From Zygnema circumcarinatum SAG 698-1b (lineage: Eukaryota; Plantae; Zygnematophyceae), in assembly GCA_037447605.1 (NCBI GenBank), contig CM074809.1, positions 1,230,689-1,294,688 on the forward strand: a stretch of DNA of 64,000 nucleotides, given 5' to 3'. A program made the position numbers and the translations under genes. The notes beneath the pieces are model-generated. The model was not told the origin of the DNA and ran no database searches. It saw nothing but the letters and a program-made list of their open reading frames with translations. Position 1 is the stretch's first letter. Each line of letters begins with the position of its first letter. Shown here piece by piece: positions 56,108-64,000 of the stretch.

Positions 56108-58318
56108 ATGCTTTTCGTCCTTTCTCCAGCCAAGGCGCTGGACATGGCCGAAGGGCATGTTCCCCCGGAGGGAGTTCCAGAGTTTGGAGAGAAAGCGCTT
56201 AAGATGGCGGAGCAGCTTGCCCAAATGTCAAAGGCTCAGCTGCAGGCGCTCCTCGAGGTTTCGGGGAATTTGGCGGATCTCAACTCCAACCGCTACAAGA
56301 GCTTCAAGGAGCAGCCATGCAAGGTTCTGCACCGCCCTTGGAATGTTCATTTGGAGCTTTGGCTCCTTGATCCGAGTTCAAGAGTCGCGGATCTTGTGTT
56401 CCGGAAGGAGTTCTTCCAAGAGATTTTGAGGATCAGCTCACGCATTGCCTACTTGGAAATGGGTTATTAAGAAGACCGTATTTTCTTGCTTGTGGTAAGT
56501 GTGTGCATAGCAATGCGTTTAATGAGTTATTGGGTTTGTCGTGCAGCATCAGTTTTTGGTAGGGGGACCGGGCTAAAGAGCGTGCTGACGAGATATATCT
56601 GCATTAATTTTGTATGTTCTGTCCTTTCTGTGGAAATGCAGGCTGCTGCGCTTGCGTATAATGGAGACGCGTACATTGGATGGGCAGCTTCAACAATGTC
56701 TGAGGTTAGTTACTGATTGGAGAGCGATGTGCAGTTCACTGAACCATTAGAACAGAAACACGGCCTTCTTCACTAGCATGCAAGAGTTGCAAGAGTTGCA
56801 AGAGTTGCAAGAGCTTGTAGACGACATCTCAGGCAATGCAGCGTTGAAGTCCTTGAAAGCGTCAAGGGGGGAGAATGTCGTTCCGCCTTTGGAATGGTAG
56901 TTCGAGGCCGCACGACTATCCTTGCAATGCTTCATCGCAATTAGTGACAGCTGGGCGCTAGAGATAGTGCACTTGCCTTGGAGGGAGTTCCTTGGTGTTA
57001 ACTGGGAGGAGCAACTTGGTAGTGACTGAATCTACTTAATTGAGACATTCTTTTGGCCACAAGGTTATTGCTTTAGAGAGCGTAAACCATACATTTCTTT
57101 GCCTAAATTGTCGGAAACATGGATTGATCTGGCGTGTAGGAAGATCTCAGATGGGCCCAAAGGCATGTCCGCATCCTTTCCGGTCTTTACGGAGTTCTTC
57201 GGCCTCTTGATCCAATTCAAGCTTATCGGCTCAGCATGGGCACCAAGTTGAAAACGGAACAAGGAAAGAATCTCTACGAGTTCTGGGGGGACCAAATTGC
57301 CCGGAGCCTTGGAAAAGTCTTGGAGGAGGAGAATGAAGCTGGCGAAGGAGACAGCTTTGTCCTGATAAATGTGGCATCTGTTGAATATTTCAAAGCGGTC
57401 ACACCTTCAGCTTTACCTGTAAAAGTCAAAGTTATCGAGGTATGGTCACAAATTCTCTTCTAAGTTCCGGGTGTTCCCCGCAATGTCTAAAGCTGCTGGT
57501 TGTTGACATGTTAAAGGGAGGATTCTCACTGGAACAGATATCCTGGGAATTCTTCATGTATAGCAGGGTTTGACACGTATTAAATGCGTACAGTCTCGTC
57601 TCCCTGCTGTTTTTATGCTTGGTTACATTACATTACAGCTGAAGGCTGCACCCAGCGTGTGAAATTGCAGGTTGTTTTTTTGGAGGCCAATGGAACGATG
57701 GTCAGTGTGCACTGCAAGAAGGCTCGAGGAATGTTTGTGCGCTTTGCAATCCTAAATCGGATATCAACTGTGGAAGCTTTGAAATCATTCACAGGCAATG
57801 ATGGGGACTACTCCTTCCGACCAGCCCAAAGTTCTGACCTGAAGTTAGTTTTTGTACGAACGCCTGTAAAGCTGGAGAATGCTGCTACAAGTGCTCATCA
57901 GAAGAAGGGAAAGACCTCAAAAGTGACTGCTGAGTCTCTTGTAGTTGTAGAAGACGGTAAAGGCTTCAAGGAAGAAGGGGAGGCTCCTTTAAAGAACACA
58001 AGAAGCAAGGGAAAGTTAAGTGAGATGAAAGAGTTAGCCAATGAGATGGCAGCAGAAGAGATTCAAGGACTGGCAGACAGAGTGAAGAGAAGACAAGGGA
58101 GGGGCACAAACAAAGTTGGCATGGTTACAGAGGGTGGGGATGAAAATAAATCCGTCCATAAAGATCAAAGTCGCCCTGGTGGTGAAGATTCCAAAAAGGA
58201 GGATGGTAAGAGAGGTAAGGCTACGAGCAGGAAACCTGCAATTAGAGATTCTTCAATTTCCAAGAACGTTGTGGGTGAAGTTCAGAGGAAGAGCTCCCGA
58301 AAAAGGAAGTCAAGATGA
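56108..58318 (+). CDS. yaaA: YaaA / DUF328 (UPF0246) peroxide-stress protein homologue with Lys/Arg-rich C-terminal extension
   Basis: Exons 56108-56323 ([11 protein letters not shown]...[16 protein letters not shown]), 56642-56704 ([10 protein letters not shown]), 57140-57439 ([27 protein letters not shown]...LYEFWG...[13 protein letters not shown]), 57671-58318 ([15 protein letters not shown]... then a basic tail ending [10 protein letters not shown]). Confidence 0.92.
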
Positions 58319-58953
58319 CGGATGAGATAAATACGTGATGTACGGATGTGACGACCTTTTACCACATTGTATAGCAAAAAGAGGCTTGCGAATGATTGGA
58401 CATGACTGAGTACACCAGGTGCCCTTTAGAAAATATCGATTAAGCCGAAATAAAATAATACACAGCAATTCATGAATTTTGTTCTAAAAATAGAACGGTA
58501 GAATAAAGCAGCCTCCCAAATAAAAACAATGTGAGGAACAGTCATACAGTCCTTCACCCTGAGTGATGTCGAAGGGCTGATGGCCTACAGACCACGAATG
58601 ACCTTTGGTCGATTTTTCTGCATGTAGTGTTGAGGTGCATTGCCAGTGAACGGCTTTTTATGCCTGCAGGAGCCTTATCATGGAGGGCAGCAAAAGCAGA
58701 CATTGAAGTACCAACCGTTCCAATTTCAATGACTCAACGTAGCGGTACATTAGGATACAGTGTCGCCTATGGCCATTTCAAAAAGTAAATTTCAATGTTT
58801 GTAGGTTGACGTCCCTTCACTCAATGGGAAGGGGCCTTGTTCAAACTCTTCTCCTCATCACCCATTGATGGCAAGATGGTCGGCAGATGGAGACCAAAAC
58901 CTGAAGGGGAAGCCTGTTGGTACAGAGATATCCAGCATTTTATCATTTGCATC

Positions 58954-61138
58954 TCAGATCTGTTTCAGAAGGTGATCACCGCTTGAGACTTCAAAGTCGC
59001 CAGCAGACTTCTCCACATTGAGCGTCTTGATCTCACCGTTGTCCACAATGGCCGACCATCTGCAGAGCCATCACCAATGTGAGTAAAGCGCACATTAAAC
59101 TCGGTGATTCCTTTGCTTGCTGGGTCTAGCATTGACTTCATCATAGAATTTGATCCACCACTACTTCCACTACAATGGTGTTGAAAGGACAACGGTGCTC
59201 CTGCTCACCTCTGGGAGCGATGTCCCAAAAGTGCCCCCGACAGGTCAAGGTCAAGGCCAAGCATCTTGTGGAATTTCCCGTCAAAGTCGCCATAAAAGTC
59301 AATCTGCGAAGAAGGTATGGCCAATCATCAGCACGTGTGAAGACCAATTTGCTTCAGAAAAAGGCACTTGCTAAGAAACCCCTCAGCAAAGGAGGAATAC
59401 TCGAAGAGAACCTAGAGAGATTAACTTGCATAGACCTAAAGGTAGTATTGGGTCTACGCTTCCAATGCCCGCGTGCGAATGACCAAATGAGAACTCGCAG
59501 CATCATCTAAACCTTTAGTTTGTTCCATTGAAAGTGGACTTTGACTAAGATACAAATATTGGAGTGTCCAAGTCAGAAAAAAATAACTTATGAACGTTCC
59601 ACAGAGCTAGCACTGCAACAAGTGAAGAGTTGAAGCAGGCAAGTTGGCACAGAGCGAGGTTTACTCTGTAACCAACATGAGGGCTTTTTCATGTTCCGAC
59701 AGAACTCGAGTGTTACCAAAATGCATATGTGCAGAACATGGTATCCAAATGGACAACAAGCAGAAGAGGCAACACGCTTGTTCTATGGCCTCCAAAAGGC
59801 AGAGGTCAGTGACAACCTTATCATCAGCATGAAGGCTTTTCCCCCATGCATTCATCACATAGGGATCGTTGACGGAAACGCAAACTATAGTGTCCACTCC
59901 CTTCGCTTTCAAGGCATCTGCATTCCTCAAATAGCTCGGAACATGGGCATTCGTGCATACACCTGTGTAGGCACCCTGCCATAGTGCATGTCGCTGCAAC
60001 TGTCAGTGCCAACTGCAGCTCAAACCCAATCAAGTGACTCCCCACACACACAGCCATCTCAGTATGGCCAGAAAGAATTTGTAAATATGAAAAACGTCCC
60101 CTCCACAACCAAACGTAGAGACCCTGTACAGCTAATAGGAATTACCTAGCGAAATGCACACACAGTGACGGACAACAATCTTTTGCAAGCTTCCAGCATT
60201 CATCTCGTCTTGAAGTTCGTCATTATTTTTTCCTCTCTCTTGGCATCAGCGAAGGTGCGGGGCTGACCGGCAGACCGAAGATGGCCACCTTCTTGCCCTG
60301 CAAACAAACAAAAAAATTGCACCAAATTGCAACTGCTTCAATTCCGCCATTAACTTACACAGGGTGTTTGGCTGCCACGCAACAAAACAAAACTGCTGCT
60401 GAGCATTAATTTGAATCTCAACACGACAGTTGAAGACGATTAATCAAGTTGCATTCAATGACATGAAGCCCGCTTATACCTGCAGTCTTCAGCTGCATAT
60501 TAAAAGCATGCTAAACTACGTCATGTTGTAATGAATCAACATCGCACCATGGAACGTTGCAGATGTCATTGTATGTGCAGAACATGAGCTGCGTGCCTCC
60601 AGCCTCCCAGTCTGATCCTGACCTTCAAGGCACTCCAGTCAGAGGCGCACCTTGAATAGTTCGCTTAATGAAGTCACCGTGAAGCCACCTTGGGCTCCCT
60701 CATCCCATGTACGTGCCTTCTGGAGGGACACGCTTGACTCTAAATCAATCGTGTTCGGTGTTGCAGCAAAGGATCGAACCTGGACCACCATCCACCTTCA
60801 AATCAAAGGCCTGCCAGAAGATCACACCTGCCTGACCCGTCGTTGCCAAGTAAAGGAAACCCCTATACTTCCGACAGATAAAGTATGCCTCACGGTAATG
60901 CCTTGGTCAAGTCTGCGTCAATGCATTCATTCCGTTTAACATAGTCTCATATTGGCTGGCTGATAGTGCTTGAGGTAAAAAAAAATTGGGGAAACGGTAG
61001 TCATATCGAGGAATATGAGAGCTCGGATCTCAAGCCAGTTAGCTCCGGCTTCTTGCAAACAGGTTCCAAAAAAGTCACCTGCACCACATGTGGCCGCAAA
61101 AGGGGGCTAAAAGCTGCCAAAGACTTGCGCAATGCCAT
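58954..61138 (-). CDS. PRXIIF: Mitochondrial type II peroxiredoxin (PrxIIF)
   Basis: Exons approx 61079-61138 (MALRKSLAAFSPLLRPHVVQ), 60652-60779 (SLQKARTWDEG), 60270-60299 (GKKVAIFGLP), 59818-59979 (GAYTGVCTNAHVPSY...CVSVNDPY), 59209-59304 (FYGDFDGKFHK), 58954-59060 (WSAIVDNGEIK...LLKQI*). Confidence 0.95.
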
Positions 61139-61932
61139 GGTGATCACCTCTGCATCATAGTCAGAACACAAAAAAGTGAGTGAAATAAATGAGCGCAAGA
61201 CGTACAGTATTTGCGATTCCTGACTGTTCACCAACACGTTTCCAATTAAAACTGTCTTCATGAAGGTTTGATAAAAGCAGGATGAAGCGGCTCTAACCTC
61301 CAAGCCCGCATAAAAATGCATGTTTCCTTGGATCGTCGAAGTCCTATAAGAAAACATCAGCACTCTGTGCGAACAAAGAACTTTAACCCTTGTAAAAATC
61401 ATAATATTTGAGAACTCGGATCATGCCACTGTTTGCTCGTCGCTTCTTCTCCCTACCATCTCCACTCTCTCTCACTCCCACTCCTTCCCTGTATCTCTCT
61501 CCCTAGATCTCTCCCCATCTCCCATATCCTCTCCCCCACTCCACCTCTTTACCCCCAATCCAAGCCCAAGCCCAAGCCCAAGCCCAAGCCCCAGCCCCCC
61601 CCCCCCCCCCCAACCCCTCTAAGCGCCAGCTGGCGTACCTGCCACGCCTCAGCAACCAATCACGGTCCTCGCACGTGCGATGCCCTTCTCACAGCCCGCC
61701 ACGTGTCGCCCGCTCAGCGCCTCCCCTCTCCAGAACTCGCTCTTTTCCACCTACAAAAGCAAGTTCTTGCAAGCAAGCTCCAATTACGGCACGCCACGTT
61801 CACAGCATGTACCACGTGTCGCCTCCCCATTGGAAATTTTTTTTTCTCTAGGAAAAAAGCCCTCATGTGTCAACGCTCCACTGTCCTCTTCCGTTCAATT
61901 TTCCTGATTCGGAAGCATGGATCGCATGTCAT

Positions 61933-62103
61933 CCGTACGCCAGAATCTATTAACCGCAGTAACCTACACGGCTGTACGGTACCTCGATCTGTCCGTCCGT
62001 CCGTCCGCCGTCCGTCCGTCGTTCGCTACCTCCAATGGCGACCGGTCCGTCCCCCCGTCCTTCCGTACGGATGACCGTACAAGGTTCGTACCGTTTCCGT
62101 ACG
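61933..62103. promoter_or_regulatory. GTAC/CCGT-rich cluster in the divergent PRXIIF/unknown-gene promoter
   Basis: 7 GTAC cores plus tandem (GTCC)n repeats; G-boxes at 61674-61820. Confidence 0.5.
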
Positions 62104-62470
62104 ACGTCCGTTTCTTGGACGGAGCGAAGGTTCGGAGGGGCCCATGCACCGCTTTGCACGCTCCATCTCTCCCACTCCCTCTCCCTCTCCCTCTCCCTCT
62201 CTCTCTCTCTCTCCCGCTCTCTTCTTCGAGCCTCCGCTGCCCTTGAGAGCGATGGATTTTCTCGAATAAGACATTGAATCGCGGTAAAATCTAAAGGGAT
62301 TTAGTGATCAATGATTCCTGCAGGATTCGAGTTGTGTGGGAGAGGGACGGGGTTGTAGAGTGGGAGAGAAGGAGAGAGAAAGAGAGTGGGGATGAAGGTG
62401 TATGAGAGTAAGCTGGATCCAGAAAGGTGGTACGGATTTTTTCTGAGGAGAAGGATATGAATCGAAGTGG

Positions 62471-63785
62471 ATGGAAGGCGGGGACGTTGCCATGGATGAA
62501 GGAGAGGGCTCGAAGCATGTGAAGTTTGAGAGGGAGGAGGGGGCGGGCGTTGCGGAGGATGCGCTGCCGAGGACTCTTTCAGGGGATTTGGAAGCCGAGA
62601 ATTTTCAGCAGATGTTCTGGATGGAGGAAGGAGGCCGAAATGCTACGGCGGGAGCTGAAATTCGAGGAGTTTCATACTCATGCAAGGAGTGCAGGCTGGA
62701 GATGCAACGTTTGCAGAACGAGTTGCACGAAGGCCGGCTCACACAAGTATCGAATCTAAATCTTCTATTTGATTCCTTTCAAATATTTCGTTTTTTTTTT
62801 CTGAAACCGGGAAGGGCATGGAAACCAAACAGGTGCCATGCTGTTTTGGTAATTGGAGAGAGCAGATTTAAGCTGGAAAAATAATTTAATTGTCGACCGT
62901 GTTCCATGTTCTGAAACGTGAATTTCCTTATCGTTTTTTTTTTCAACATAATCACATTCGATGTAGGTGCTTGTTTGCGCACATGAAATAGTCTTGTCAG
63001 GTTTGGATTGATCACATCCTTAGAAGTTATATGCATGACAAAGAGGAGCGGAAACGTTACAGGTTTTCTTGCTAAACTTTGAGCGGCCTTTAGTCGGTAA
63101 CTTCGAACTGAATCCATGGCTTTGAGAGTTCCATGTGAGGCTTTACCCGAACGTGTCAACAAGATTTTTCGTGTGACTTTGGCAAGTGTCTTCAACCCAC
63201 GCAATGATTTCATTGGCGCTTTCAGCTATTTGGATTCATGTCGTTTTCTGCTTTCTTAATGTTCGAGCGCACCCTTTTTTTTTTCAGGCTGCCCTTGAAT
63301 CGGAGCTGCGGTGGGCAATGGAGGGAAAGTTGAATGCCGAAGCTGCTCTTGCACAGCACCTCGTTGGATATCGAGTATGCAGTTCTAAAACTTGGAAGGA
63401 ACGCTGATGCTGGAGGCTGCACTGGTATCTGTATGGCGTTCAGTTTTGATGTTCTTGAAACTCCAAATAATTTGGTATTTGCTTTGCGCAATTGAAAAAT
63501 TTCTTACGTCAGTCGTCTTTAACACCAATTGGTATTTTTAATCCGCCAAGTCGATTGAACGAGACTGAACTCTGTATTTTTACCTTTTTTTTTTTTTTGT
63601 CTATTCTCTACATTTCCCTGTTCACGGCTCACTCGTCATATTTTTTTGTTCTACGTGCGCCTATAGGATGAGCCTTTGAGGCCCCAAACTCCACGCCAAC
63701 AGCAAACTTTTTGGGATGGTAATACTTCTTCGGAACTGCGATCAGTTGGGCATGCTTCCGCCAAACCACATTTGCATGCACTCAG
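62471..63785 (+). CDS. 5' part of an unidentified gene with coiled-coil character; probably continues past the window
   Basis: CT-rich leader, then in-phase exons 62471-62746 (…EMQRLQNELHEGRLTQ), 63288-63362 (AALESELRWAMEGKLNAEAALAQHL) and 63667-63785, all with canonical splice sites. Confidence 0.65.
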
Positions 63786-64000
63786 GTCAGTTCCTCCTTC
63801 CTTCGTCCATTTCAGAGTTCTTTTTTGTATGCCTTTCTTTGCCTATCCCCGATTGTTTCCATATTGAATGGCAGTGCGCGCTTGAAAGGTGCCTTACATC
63901 TTATCATTTCTTTCCCTTAAATCAGTGTCGGAGGTTCGCCAGCATCCCGCTTGTTTCCAAGTACGACGGAGAGGTTGTTTGCAAATTCTTCCGATGCGAT

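Noticed and set aside
56778-56816. Four-copy 9-bp repeat (tgcaagagt) as a functional element
   Set aside because: It is a short intronic microsatellite within YaaA with no further structure.

Overview
Eukaryotic nuclear DNA with GT-AG introns and plant-type proteins, most consistent with a streptophyte (charophyte-like alga or early land plant); the species cannot be fixed from sequence alone. Genes in order: myotubularin PI3P phosphatase (+, 5' end outside the window, ends 6115); CruP-like FAD lycopene-cyclase-family protein (-); a weak candidate gene spanning a 100-N gap; a ~19 kb transposon island (17.3-36.2 kb); P4-ATPase flippase ALA (+, 5' end duplicated across a gap); ENPP-type nucleotide pyrophosphatase (-); plastid ribosomal protein S6 (+); OB-fold tRNA-binding protein (-); an intron-containing YaaA/DUF328 gene with a basic tail (+); mitochondrial peroxiredoxin IIF (-); and the start of an unidentified coiled-coil gene (+). 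The island holds at least four Ty3/gypsy LTR elements from two families, nested in short TIR elements. Its target-site duplications only pair up if the 12.8 kb block between the gaps at 20375 and 33197 is flipped (inversion or mis-oriented contig). Other highlights are the eukaryotic YaaA next to PrxIIF, dense CCGTAC clusters in three divergent promoters and in the local TIR elements, and atypical LTR features (4-bp TSDs, no PPT, terminal hairpin). TE sequence is indel-rich, which may be sequencing noise. No rRNA, tRNA or CRISPR array was found, and I found no clearly new multi-gene system.
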